DNA of 64,000 nucleotides from Nymphaea colorata (taxonomy: Eukaryota): positions 32,426,001 through 32,490,000 of the forward strand of contig NC_045138.2 in assembly GCF_008831285.2 (NCBI RefSeq), written 5' to 3'. Below, in pieces: positions 37,110 to 50,900 of the stretch (its first letter is position 1; every line of letters starts with the position of its first letter). The notes beneath the pieces were generated by a model. It was not told where the DNA came from, did no database searches, and saw nothing but the letters and a program-made list of their open reading frames with translations. The position numbers were made by a program, and so were the translations under genes.

Positions 37110-40100
37110 CAGCACATCATCTAAGGATAACACCCCCATATGAACAACATGTTAATAAAAGACCTTAGGTGTTAAACCCTTAGTAAGCGGATCCGCAATC
37201 ATAGAGTTTGTCCCAATGTGCTCTAAAGACACCTGACCATTCTGTATCCTCTTTTTAACAGTCAAAAACTTTATGTCGATGTGCTTCGACTTTGACAAAC
37301 TACGACTGTTATTAGAGTACATAACTGCTGAATTATTGTCACACAATAACCTTAGTGGTCTTTCTACACCATTCATAATGCGCAGCCCCGTGACAAAATT
37401 CCGCAACCACAAAGCATGATTGGATGCCTCGTAACATGCTATGAATTTTGCTGTCATAGTTAAAGTAGCTACAAGTGTCTGTTTGATACTTTTCCATGAT
37501 ATAGCTCCTCCGACTTGCGACTGTTTTGGCACCCTGCAAAGTCAGAATCTGAATACCCAATGATCTCCAACTGGTCTGACTTCTTGTATGTGAGCATAAG
37601 ATCTTTTGTTCTTTGTAAGTACCTCAATACTCTTTTGGCTGCTTTTCAATGATCCATACTTGGATTACTTAAGTATCTGCCTAACATTCCCACGATAAAT
37701 GCAATATTCGGACGAGTACAAACCTGAGCATACATAAGGCTTCCCACAACAGACGAATAGGGAATCCTTTCCATTTCCTTAGATTCGATTTCATTTTTAG
37801 GGCACTGTTTGAGACTAAACTTGTCTCCTTTAGCAACTGGAGTATCTCCTGGTTTATAATCCTTCATGCCATATCGCTGAAGCACCTTATCAATGTAGGT
37901 CTTTTGTGATAATCCAAGAATACCCCGAGAACGATCTTGAAATATTTAGATTATCAAAACAAAAGATGCACAACCAAGATCCTGTAGACTTTTATTATGA
38001 ATGTCGTTTTCATGTAAAGATTATGTGATTTGTGAAAACAATGTTTTGTTGCTCTAATCTCTCTGTTCAGTTTCCCAGTGGACTACTTGAGGTACAAAAA
38101 AGTGATGGTGGTTCCCAGAACAGAAGATGTTTAGCTGATGGATACTAGGCACTGCGCATATCAACCTGTGCAATGCTGTAGCGAACACGTTAAGTATCCC
38201 GCCTAGGGAGTACGTTTCCAAAAATGAAACTCAAGGGAATTAATGGGGGCATGTGGTTTCATCAATGCAAAGCGAAGAACCTTGCCAAGGTTCGACATGC
38301 CATGAATCCTCTTGAAAGAGAGGGGTGCCTTTGGGAATGCAGATACAGGTGGTGCATGGTTGTCGTCAGCTTATGCCGTACGGTGTTGGGTTAAGTCCCG
38401 CAACGAGTGCAACCCTCGTGTTTAGTTGTTACCATTAAGTTTGGAACCTTGAACAGAATGCTAGTGAAAAGCCGGAGGAAGGTGAGGATGACGTCAAGTC
38501 ATCATGCTTCTGGCCGGGACAAAGGGTTGCGATCCCATGAGGGTGATCTAACTCCAAGAACTCATCCTCAGTTTGGATTGCAGGCTTTTTCTAGCAATTC
38601 CAGCAAGGGAGGAGACTGTGGAACATGGACTCCTCAGTCCTTGGAAATTTGACCACAGGATTTTGTGTTTCATGGAGAATTTTGGGCAGTAATTCCTTGG
38701 ACACTTTATTTTTCATGAATATTGGTTGTTAGGATCTGCCTACAAATGTTAAAGAACATTTTTTACACTAAGGCTGTATATCATTGTTTATCTGTGCTCC
38801 CTTAGCATTACTGTGATTATTTAGTTTATCCTGGTCTTGTATGCTTGAACCAGTTTCACTTAATCTCAATGGACTGAAAAATAATATTTGATCTGCAACA
38901 CTCAGGCTGATCGAAGTTTACGACAAGAACAAGATGTGATTCTAGAACGCTTAAGGATTGACAGTAAGATCATGTTATTCTACTATGCAAATAATTTTTT
39001 GAAGGGCAACTATTTATGTTTGTAAGTTGGTTGTGGCCAATAAATTATTTGGCTTTTGATATGCTTGATAGAAATAGACATGCAGCAGTAGGTTCACTTT
39101 GTTGACTACAAATATTAGTTTCATGCAATATGCCAACATCATTACTTGCCAGCATTATATCATCGACATATAAAACCAGAAAGATAAATTTGTCTCACTG
39201 AAGTTTTGGTATACACATTCATCAAACATATTAGTCTCGAAACCAAATGAAACTATAATTTAATGAAATTTGTAATACCATTGACTGGAAAGTTTGCTTT
39301 AGTCCATATATGGATTTTCTTAGTGACATCTCTACTTAATTTCTTGAGGTTGTTGAGTTTGTTCTTCAATAGAGAGATCGACATCATTGCCTTCTTCTGA
39401 ATATGTTGATGGAACAATGTCAGGAATGAATACTTGACTATTGCTTACAACATCTGTATGAGTGGACTCAGGTCCCTCTTCAAAGGCAATGTGTCTAACC
39501 TAATCACCTCCCCCAAACTCAATATCTTCAAAGAAATGAGCATTATCCTTTTCAAAGAAAGACTTACTGAATGAATTATAAAACTTATAACCCTTTAATG
39601 TTTATTCATTTCCCTTTATACATACAATGCAAACATTAAAGTCTACAAAATCAAAAGGACTCAAGAATTCTATTCGACATAAGCCTTTTATTCTCTTTTC
39701 AGAGATTTGTCCTAAGCGCCAATGCCATAACATAGCAGAATTCTTTTGGCTAATTTCTTTTAGTACCACTAAACGTAACATGCAAGGTTTCATGATATGA
39801 AGCAACTGTATCAAGCAAATAAAGGTTATAGCAACTAGACAAAGAACCAGTAGCAATCAAATTTGAATGCAGAAACAACTTAAATTTATTTCCTTTAAAT
39901 GAACAATAATAACCAAATTTGTCCAGTAAAGAAATAAAAAACAAATTCTGTCTAAAAGACGGTACTACATAAGTTTGAAATTAAAAAAACAACCAGTCTT
40001 TAACAATAACCCAAAAAATCTGCTATGGCTTCAATCTTTGCCTTCATGTCATCGCCCTCATAGATAAATCTTTCAGTATCAATTGGCGTCTGACAATTTA

Positions 40101-40980
40101 GGCAGCCCTGCACAAAAGACACTTATGTGAGTAGTAGCAATCGAATCTACCCACAAGTGCCTTGGTACTGAAATTAAATTAACCTCAGAACAAACCCAAA
40201 GTAAGAATCGTACCTTTCTTTTCACGTCATGCGTGATACTTAGTACAATCCTTCTTCATATGACCTTCATCCTTGCAAAAGAAGCAGCTTGATTTGCCTT
40301 CCTTATGCTTCTTTTGTTTCTTGATGGATGCGTGATCAACTGTAATTTCTTTAGCCGTCTTTCTTTTCTTACTTTTAGGCGTAGTAGCCAAGTGAGCACT
40401 TTCTATCCTATTATGCTTCAATCTTTCATCTTCTTCCACACAGTGCGAAATGAGCTCATTAAGAGTCCATTTCTCATTCTGACAGTTATAACTAACTTTA
40501 AATTGTCCAAACTGTGGTGGAAGAGAAAGAAGAACCATATGCACTATAAAGTCTTCAGGTAACCTCAGACCTAGTGCCTGTAATTTTGAAGCAAGATGAG
40601 ACATTTCCATAATGTGCTCCCGTATGTTCCCCTTGCCTTTAAACCTCAGCGTCACAAGTTTACTCAAAAGAGTGCTTGTTCAGCCTTTTCATTTTTAGCA
40701 AAATGTTTTTCAATCTCTTCAAGGAACGCCTTGGCACTAGCCTTTTCAGTAATAGAGCCCCTAAAATTTCTGGGATTGATCTCTTCATGATCATTAGACA
40801 CATGCGTTTGAGCGTTCCACCGTTCAAAGTACCGCTTATCCTCATGGGAACTTTGATCTGTTGGATGAGGTGGGCATGACTCCCTAAATGCAAGGTCAAG
40901 ATCCATACAACCCAGAACAATCATGACAGTTTCTTTCTAGTCCTTAAAATTCGAACCATTTAACTCAGGAACAGTACTCA
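37110..40980 (-). pseudogene. Fragmented gag-pol of the deleted copia
   Basis: Many stops and frameshifts. The integrase core is missing (CIVCIKG jumps to KGYKFY near 39600), the RT N-terminus is missing (near 39330), and the RT is split by an insertion at about 37983-39114. Confidence 0.85.
38137..38586 (+). pseudogene. rrn16: Nuclear plastid DNA (NUPT): degraded fragment of chloroplast 16S rRNA
   Basis: Contains 16S hallmarks GCGAAGAACCTT, GGTGGTGCATGG, TGTTGGGTTAAGTCCCGCAACGAG and GATGACGTCAAGTCATCATGC, plus plastid-type GAATCCTCTTGAAAGAGAGGGGTGCC and GGATACTAGGC. Shows many transitions and two deletions. Confidence 0.92.
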
Positions 40981-42809
40981 CTGTACAAAGAACAACAAAA
41001 ATACCAAACATGCTCACAATCAATACATGTATAAAGATGAAACAACAAATATAAATGAATTTAAATACAATGGCCTAAATCCCATCACAAGGTACTGGTG
41101 CAACGTTAATATCTAATCTTGAATTGAAATACTAACTGCAAGTGGTATTCTTGGTCAACAATGAATATAAATAATTAACCCTGTCAAACAACGAGCCTAT
41201 CTTTGGATTGACTCGCTATTCACATGGAAACCTGAAAAATTATCACATATTCATTGCCCTGTATACTTAAACCTGACCAAACAACAATCCTCCTTTGGGC
41301 TGATCATTGTCCGCATAGATCAAGTATACTATCATCTAAGGTTTAAAACAAACAAATTCGTATAACAGAGGTCACTTTGGCGACATAAAATACAAACTTA
41401 CTCATTTCAACAACAGATATGGCCAAAGATCAAATTCATAATCCAAACATTCATCTAAAGCACATACACAATTTTAATAACATGCAAAACATGATACATG
41501 AATTAAAATTTACATACAAATTTACCCTATATTGATTCCAAAACCAAAATGATCCAATAAAAGGGGCCCAAAAGTGTCTAAAATTTTATAAACCGATACC
41601 ATAATTGTGCTTAAGTATGTCAAAACCACTGAATCGGCCTTAAAGTGGCCCGTATTGTTCTTAAACTACAACAAAAACACCCACATGCCCCTAAATAGGG
41701 CTGAACCGGTCTAAAAATTGGACGTACCGGTTAAAAATAGACCGTATCGGATCCAAAACCCAATGAACTGGTTAAAAAAATGGCAAAAATAGGTTCAAAA
41801 ACTGAATGAACCGGTCCTGAAAGCCCTGAATCGGTTCAAAAACTGAATGAACCGGTCCCAAAATGGTCCGAATCGGATCTGAAAGGTCCGAACCGGTCTG
41901 AAACCGAATGAACCGGTTCGAGTCTTTTCCAAAACCGGTTTAAAAAAAACGAACCGATTTACTTTAACCAAATGGATACGAGTCGGACCCGACCCGGTCC
42001 GAAAAATAACACAAACGCGATCGAGCGGGCGCGGCAAAAATTTGTTTTTTTTTTTAAATCACGATGGATCCGGATCGGGTCTTTCGAGAACCGACCCGGT
42101 CCAACCCAGCTCGACTGCCCGAGCGTCGTCTCCACTCGACTGAAAATGCCGTTCGCCTGCCAGACACCGAACGACAGCGAACGACATATTCACCACCTCC
42201 GCAGGCCTCCGGGGGCCTTGGTGGGCGCCGGCGGGTGGCATGGCGCCGTCCAGCGACGAAGAACCTCCCGGCGGTGGAGTTGGGGAGGTGGGTGCTGGAA
42301 TCGGGCAAGCCCTAATTTCTCAGATTTTGCCCCTTTTGCTTGAATGGGTGGCTGAAGCGGCGGCCAGAAGCTACCGGCAGGCAGAGGGTGGGCATCAGTT
42401 CGTCGTACGGCGCCGTCCGGCGACGGTGGACTTCCCGGCGAGGCTGGATGTGGCCAGACGGAGGTGGGCAAAGCCCTTTTCTCCCGCCATCATCCCTCAC
42501 TGCCCTTCCTTCAGAAATCGAAGGCAGGGCGCACAGCAAGCAAGCGGCCGGTTCATACGAAACCGGCGGTCGCTGCCCACCCACCCGACCGACGCGCCCC
42601 TCCCCTTCTCCTTTTCTCCGGTTGCTACGGAAGCCGACGGCTTCCATCGCCCACGCGATGGAGGCCGTCGCCCCCTTTCCAAACTTTTTTTTTTTTTTTT
42701 TTTGAAAACAATACTTGCAGCCGAAGAACAGGGATGAACCCAAAGGGAAGACGCACAAAATCATCCAAAAATCAACGATTTAACGAAGAACATAGGCTCT
42801 GATACCAAA

Positions 42810-43284
42810 TGTTGTGATTTTTCCCCATTACGCATATACAAAACCAAACGCATATACCCTAAAGCAGGATCATGCTCATGCTAAATCATTGAATCAAACA
42901 TAACCTTAAACTTAAAGCGGAAGCGTACCTGAATCCATCTGATCTAGTGCACGGGAAGATCGCAGAGGGTCTTCCAGGGTACGTGCGGTGCGCTTGAGGT
43001 CTCTCTCAGATGGGGAAGAGGAAAACCCTAGAAACCAATGTTTCAGGCAACCATTGCACGACCCCAGGGACCACTACCATTTTATAATAAGAACAATTAC
43101 AGATTCTACCTATCAAAGAGTCCGTAATTCCGTACTGGTATCTATACATTTCAAAATTACCCCATACCATCTAAAATGACGTAATATCCCAAAATGCAAT
43201 CACTTAAGCGGATATTTACGTTAAGACAGCCATAATGTCTGAAATTCCTCATAGACATATGTCGGCCCACCAAATCATCTTACA
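42810..43284 (-). repeat. 5' LTR of the deleted copia
   Basis: Direct repeat of 36232-36707; adjacent to the PBS TGGTATCAGAGCC. Confidence 0.93.
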
Positions 43285-43749
43285 CCTCGAAGCACTTGAA
43301 GCCTCTTTCTCTGCTCCTTTGATCAAAGCTGTTCTGGGACTTGAGTAAGAGGTGAAGACCTGTTAAAAATGAATTACATCTACCGTTTGCAATCTAAAAA
43401 AGTAACAGCCACAAAATCAAACTAATGGTGTACTTTCAATGGTCCTACAGCATATCACATTATATTAACTACTTTTAAGTTGGGTCATTGTGACACTTCA
43501 GCCTGGCCTTCATCCAAAATGGTGGGTCATTGTGACACTTGAGCCTGGCCCTCATCCAAAATGGCTCCATGAATACTGGATCACCACTGAGAATATATAC
43601 ATTAAGTTCTCCTACATTGGGATGATGAAATTAAAAGAACACAAACTCTCTCCACTTCCTTTCATTCAGATCAGTATGCGCTAAAAGTGTGAACACGTAC
43701 ACACAACCAACAACTATGCACCGATCCTTCAAATGGTATAGAGCAGTTT

Positions 43750-43912
43750 GTTATCTCATACCCCTATTATTATCTCAAATGCTATGGGATGCATTATTTA
43801 GCTTCGCTCATTTCATTATCTCATACCCCTTTTATTAACTCAAATGCTATGGGATGCATTATTTAGTTTCGCTCCTTTCATTATCTCATACCTCTTTCGT
43901 AATCTCAAATGT
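43750..43912. repeat. Short tandem repeat (~63-66-bp unit, about 2.5 copies)
   Basis: TTATCTCATACC..CTCAAATGCTATGGGATGCATTATTTAG repeated. Confidence 0.75.
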
Positions 43913-44400
43913 TATAGAGTGTTCTATTAGTTTTTTAAGATGTTATAAGACGTTATGGGACATGTTATCATAGACACTATATGATGCATGTTAAGAATGT
44001 CTTTTGCCGCTGTGTAATAGTAGGAAAGTCAATATTGAAAGTTCATACATATTGGTGATAGGGTCTGCCGGTTGGTGTACACTCGTTGTGTACACAAGAT
44101 GACACATAGAACACACTCCCTAAAATTCAAATGGTCTAAACAATTTAGCTTATTAGTTTGTAAGCACACATATGTTGCTGTCTGAAGCTGATCATGGGCA
44201 CACCTTCGTCTAAAAAAATTATGCACCAAATGTACAATGACTAAAATATCTTTATAAAATAAAAAGTACTTTTAAATGGTAAGAAAAATTGTAAAAAAAA
44301 AAGTTTAAAATGCCCAGTACTTTATAGAAAAAACTTCATAAATGCCTCCACCCTTTTTGTGCCTACACAATCAATTGAATCTGTTTTGGGAAGCTATCTG

Positions 44401-44470
<70 letters not shown>

Positions 44471-44885
44471 ACAACTTTTTTTTTATTTAATGCAACTCAA
44501 GAAATGAATGTGGTTTTGCGAGGCGTTCAGCCAATGACGACTGCAGTATCGTAGGTTAGCTAGGTTACACAGCAGTCTCACGAAATTGGAGAACGTGAAA
44601 AGTATAATCAGACCTTTACATAATACCTTGTGGAACTTAAAAAGTGTTTGATAAGAAAAACGTGTTCACATGATTCGGGGATACCATATTGTGTTCCTAG
44701 ATAATATTTTTAGATCCAATGATTGAACGGTACTACACATAATTGTTTCCAAAAGCAAAAGTAGGTGCTCTAGAAATACATCTTCCAAAACGGAGACCCA
44801 AATATTGCATTTAGAAAAGAACACTATCTTAAGGTTAAAGAAGAAAACAAATAAAAAAAAGGAAAAGAATACATGGTGAAAAAAA

Positions 44886-44985
44886 NNNNNNNNNNNNNNN
44901 NNNNNNNNNNNNNNNNNNNNNNNNNNNNNNNNNNNNNNNNNNNNNNNNNNNNNNNNNNNNNNNNNNNNNNNNNNNNNNNNNNNNN
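44886..44985. other. Assembly gap (100 N)
   Basis: Run of exactly 100 N. The true size and the adjacency across it are unknown. Confidence 0.99.
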
Positions 44986-47900
44986 GGATGAGACCTCTAA
45001 TCCGTATCATATTATATATCCAAATCTTGAGTCCAACATCCCAGACCGGATTAGGTGAGACCTCTGATCTTGACCAATTTTTCGAATCCCAAATCCAACA
45101 TCCCAAACCGGATTGGATGAGACCTCTAATCCGTATCATATATATATTGAAAATCTTGAATCCAACATCCCAGACCAGATCAGGTGAGACCTCTGATCTG
45201 ACCATTTGTCGAAATCCCAAATGCAACATCCCAAACCGGACTGGATGAGGCCTCTAATCCGTATCATATATTAAGTTTAAAATCCAACGTCCTAGACCGT
45301 TTAAAATCAGACTTCTATTTTAATTCTTAGGATGGAATCCCAAATTCCAGTTGATTAGGTGAGATCTATGTTCTAGCTGGTTGTTCAAAATCTTGAGTCC
45401 AACATCCCAGACCGGATTAGGTGAGAGCTCTGATCTTGACCATTTTTTCGAAATCCCAAATCCAACATCCCAACCGGATTGGATGAGACCTCTAATCCGT
45501 ATCATATATATATCCAAAATCTTGAGTCCAACATCCCAGATCGGATCAGGTGAGACCTCTGATCTTGACCATTTTTTCGAAATCCCAAATCCAACATCCT
45601 TGACCATTTTTTCGAAATCCCAAATCCAACATCCCAACCGGATTGGATGAGACCTCTAATCCGTATCATATATATATCCAAAATCTTGAGTCCAACATCC
45701 TTGACCGGATTGGATGAGACCTCTAATCCGTATCATATATATATCCAAAATCTTGAGTCCACATCTCAGACCGGATCAGGTGAGACCTCTCATCTTGACC
45801 ATTTTTTTCGAATCCCAAATCCAACATCCCAAACCAGATTGGATGAGACCTCTAATCGGTATCATATATATAATGAAAATCTTGAATCCAACATGTCAGA
45901 CCAGTCTCAAATGCAACATCCCAAACCGGATTGGATGAGACCTCTAATCCGTATCATATATATAAGTTTAAAATCCAACGTCCTAGACAATTTAAAATCA
46001 GACTTCTATTTTAATTCTTAGGATGGAATCCCAAATTCCATTTGATAAGGTGAGATCTATGTTCTAGCTGGTTGTTCAAAATCTTGAGTCCAACATCCCA
46101 GACCGGATCAGGTGAGACCTCTGATTTTGACCATTTTTTTGAAATCCCAATCCAACATCCCAAACCGGATTGGATGAGACCTCTAATCGTATCATATATA
46201 TATCCAAAATCTTGAGTCCAACATCCCAGACCGGATCAGGTGAGACCTCTGATCTTGACCATTTTTTCGAAATCCCAAATCCAACATCCTAAACCAGATT
46301 GGATGAGACCTCTAATCCGTATCATATATATATTGAAATTCTTGAATCCAACATCTCAGACCAGTCTCAAATGCAACATCCTAAACCGGATTGGATGATA
46401 CCTCTAATCCGTATCATATATATAAGTTTAAAATCCACGTCCTAGACCATTTAAAATCAGACTTCTATTTTAATTCTTAGGATGGAATCCCAAATTCCAT
46501 TTGATAAGGTGAGATCTATGTTCTAGCTGGTTGTTCACATCTTGAGTCCAACATCCCAGACCGGATCAGGTGAGGACCTCTGATCTTGACCATTTTTTTG
46601 AAATCCCAAATCCAACATCCCAAACCGGATTGGATGAGCCCCCTAATCCGTATCATATATATATCCAAAATCTTGAGTCCAACATCCCAGACCGGATCAG
46701 GTGAGACCTCTGATCTTGACCATTTTTTCGAAATCCCTAATCCAACATGCTTGACCATTTTTTCGAAATCCCAAATCCAACATCCCAAACCGGATTGGAT
46801 GAGACGTCTAATCCGTATCATATATATATCCAAAATCTTTAGTCCAACATCCCAGACCGGATTAGATGAGACCTCTAATCCGTATCATATATATATCCAA
46901 AATCTTGAGTCCAACATCCCAGACCGGATCAGGTGAGACCTTTGATCTTGACCATTTTTTCGAAATCCCAAATCCAACATCCCAAACCGGATTGGATGAG
47001 ACCTCTAATCCGTATCATATATATGTTGAAAATCTTGAATCCAACATCCCAGACCAGATCAGGTGAGACCTCTGATCTTGACCATTGGTCGAAATCCCAA
47101 ATGCAACATCCCAAACCGGAATGGATGAGACCTCTAATCCGTATCATATATATAAGTTTAAAATCCAACGTCCTAGACCATTTAAAATCAGACTTCTATT
47201 TTAATTCTTAGGATGGAATCCCAAATTCCATTTGATAAGGTGAGATCTATGTTCTAGCTGGTTGTTCAAATCTTGAGTCCAGCATCCCAGACAGGATCAG
47301 GTGAGACCTCTGATCTTGACCATTTTTTCGAAATCCCAAATCCAACATCCCAAACCGGATTGGATGAGACCTCTAATCCGTATCATATATATATCCAAAA
47401 TCTTGAGTCCAACGTCCCAGACCGGATCAGGTGAGCCCTCTGATCTTGACCATTTTTTTCGAAATCCCAAATCCAACATCTCAAACTGGATTGGATGAGA
47501 CCTCTAATCCGTATCATATATATATCCAAAATCTTGAGTCGAACATCCCAGACCGGATCAGGTGAGACCTCTCATCTTGACCATTTTTTCGAAATCCCAA
47601 ATCGAACCTCCCAAACCGGATTGGATGAGACCTCTAATCCGGATCATATATATATTGAAAGTCTTGAATCCAACATTGTAGACCTGATCAGGTGAGACCT
47701 CTTATCTTGACCATTGCTCGAAATCCCAAATGCGACATCCAAAACCGGATTGGATGAGACCTATAATCCGTATCATATATATAAGTTTAAAATCCAACGT
47801 CCTAGACCATTTAAAATCAGACTTCTATTTTAAATTTTAGGATGGATCCCAAATTCCATTTGATAAGGTGAGATCTATGTTCTAGCCGGTTGTTCAAAAT

Positions 47901-50900
47901 CTTGTATCATATATATATCCAAAATCTTGAGTCCAACATCCCAAACCGGATTGGATGAAACCTCTAATCCGTATCATATATATATTGAATATCTTGCATC
48001 CAACATCCCAGACCAGATCAGGTGAGACCTCTGATCTTGACCATTGGTCGAAATTCCAATGCATCATCCCAAACCGGATTGGATGAGACCTCTAATCCGT
48101 AGCATATATATAAGTTTAAAATCCAACATCCTAGTCCATTTAAAATCAGACTTCTATTTTAAATCTTAGGATGAAATCCCAAATTCCATTTGATAAGGTG
48201 AGATCTATGTTCTAGCTGGTTGTTCAAAATCTTGAGTCCAACATCCCAGACCGGATCAGGTGAGACCTCTGATCTTGACCATTTTTTGGAAATCCCAAAT
48301 CCAACATCCCAAACCGGATTGGATGAGACCTCTAATCCGTATCATATATATATCCAAAATCATGAGTCCAACATCCCAGACCGGATCAGGTGAGACCTCT
48401 GATCTTGATCAATTTTTCGAAATCCCAAATCCAACATCTCAAACCGGATTGGATGAGACCTCTAATCCGTATCATATATATATTGAAAATCTTGAATCCA
48501 ACATCCCAGACCAGATCAGGTGAGACCTCTGATCTTGACCATTGGTCGAAATCCCAAATGCAACATCCCAAACCGGATTGGATGAGACCTCTAATCCGTA
48601 TTATATATATAAGTTTAAAATCCAGCGTCCTAGACCATTTAAAATCGGACTTCTATTTTAAATCTTAGGATGGAATCCCAAATTCCATTTGGCAAGCCGG
48701 ACTAGATTGGACCTCTCATCTATCTCTTATATTAAAATTTCAAATCCCGTCTCATATATTTGATCACATGAAACAAATGGGTGGCTTTTTGATTTCCTGT
48801 AAATTCTTTTCACATCCCTTAGGAGTTTTTGAAATCACTTGAAGAATATTACTTTGTCTAGATAGATCTTCGAATCTTCTCAATTCCTTTTATTTGATTT
48901 AAAATATTTCCTAAATGCTTGTCAAATTCTCAAAGTTTTTCAATGCACTTTTCCATTTTGATGTTTGTTGGTTATAGTGGATTGAATGAATTTTTAAAAT
49001 GATTTTAAGCGTGGTGTAAAGTAGAGGTTCGAGTTTTAAAGTTCAAAATCCAATCCAGCATTTGGGACTGTAGAAAACTAGACCTCCAATCAGAAGCTTT
49101 GGTCTAAATCCTGCATGCAACATCCTAGACCGGATCAGTGCTGACCTCTGATTCAATCATTAGCTCCGAATCCCTAATTCAACTCATACCAGATCAGGTT
49201 AGACCTCTGATCTTTTTCTTGGATGCAAACCCTAAATCAAACGTCATTGAACTGATACAAAATGTTTATGAATCTTTGAAATCATTTCCAGTTTTATAAA
49301 TCTTTGAAACCACTCTCTAAGTTTTCCAAAATTTTGTAAATTGACTTCAAATTCTTATTATTGATTTTCTTGGAATTTTCTCAATTTCACCAGAGATCTT
49401 CAATTTTTTTGGATTTGATTTCGCACTTCTCTTAAATCATTGCTAAATTCTCAAGTTTGTAAATGCACCTTTCAACTTTTAGGTTTCTAAATTCCATGGG
49501 ATTGTATGTATACTCAAAGCGATTTTAAACGTGGTCTAGACTTGGGTTAATATTTTAAAATTCACATCCACATTCAAAATATACATTCGACATCCTAGTC
49601 CGGATAAGGTGAGATCTATGTTCTAGCTGGTTGTTCAAAATCTTAAGTCCAACATCCCATACCGGATCAGGTGAGACCTCTGATCTTGACCATTTTTTCG
49701 AAATCCCAAATCCAACATCCCAAACCGGATTGGATGAGACCTCTAATCCGTATCATATATATATTCAAAATCTTGAATCCAACATCCCAAACCAGATCAG
49801 GTGAGACCATTGGTCAAAATCCCAAATGCAACATCCCAAACCGGATTGGATGAGACCTTTAATCCGTATCATATATATAAGTTTAAAATCCAACGTCCTA
49901 GACCATTTAAAATCAGACTTCTATTTTAAATCTTAGGATGGAATCTCAAATTCCATTTGGCAAGCCGGACTAGATCGGACCTCTTATCTATCTCTTATAT
50001 CAAAATTTCATATCCCGTCTCATATATTTGATCACATGAAACAGATGGGTGGCTTTTTGATTTCCTGTAAGTTCTTTTCACATCCCTTAGGAGTTTTTGA
50101 AATCACTTGAAGAATATTACTTTGTCTATATAGATCTTCGAATCTTCTCAATTCCTTGTATTTGATTTAAAATATTTCCTAAATGCTTGTCAAATTCTCA
50201 AAGTTTTTCAATGCACTTTTCCATTTTGATGTTTGTTGGTTATAGTGGATTGAATGAATTTTTAAAATGATTTTTAGCGTGGTGTAAAGTAGAGGTTCGA
50301 GTTTTAAAGTTCAAAATCCAATCCAGCATTTGGATTTGATTTCACACTTCTCTTAAATCATTGCTAAATTCTCAAGTTTGTAAATGCACCTTTCAACTTT
50401 TAGGTTTCTAAATTCCATTGGATTGTATGTATACTCAAAGCGATTTTAAACATGGTCTAGACTTGGGTTAATATTTTAAAATTCACATCCACATTCAAAA
50501 TATACATTCGACATCCTAGACCGCATAAGGTGAGATCTGTGTTCTAGCTGGTTGTTCAAAATCTTGAGTCCAATATCCCAGACCAGATCAGGTGAGACCT
50601 ATGATCTTGACCATTTTTTCGAAATCCCAAATCCAACATCCCAAACCGGATTGGATGAGACCTCTAATCCGTATCATATATATATTCAAAATCTTGAATT
50701 CAACATCCCAAACCAGATCAGGTGAGACCTCTGATCTTGACCATTGATCAAAATCCCAAATGCAACATCCCAAACCGGATTGGATGAGACCTTTAATCCG
50801 TATCATATATATAAGTTTAAAATCCAACGTCCTAGACCATTTAAAATCAGACTTCTATTTTAAATCTTAGGATGGAATCCCAAATTCCATTTGGCAAGCC

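Larger units (their letters stand above)
36232..43284 (-). mobile_element. Ty1/copia LTR retrotransposon, internally deleted and non-autonomous (Angela/Ikeros-like; clade tentative)
   Basis: LTRs 36232-36707 and 42810-43284. TSD CCTCG at 36227-36231 and 43285-43289. PBS at 42795-42807, PPT CCAAGTGGGAGAT. Degenerate gag (CFFCKDEGHMKKDC), pre-integrase (LWHWRLG), RT (LYVDDIMLAS, PYSSVVGSLMYAQVCTRP) and RNase H (SKHIDIKF, IADPLTKGL). Confidence 0.95.

Noticed and set aside
38137..38586. Functional rRNA gene or bacterial contamination
   Set aside because: It is only 450 bp, has deletions in universally conserved segments and plastid-type signatures, and is embedded in a plant retroelement.
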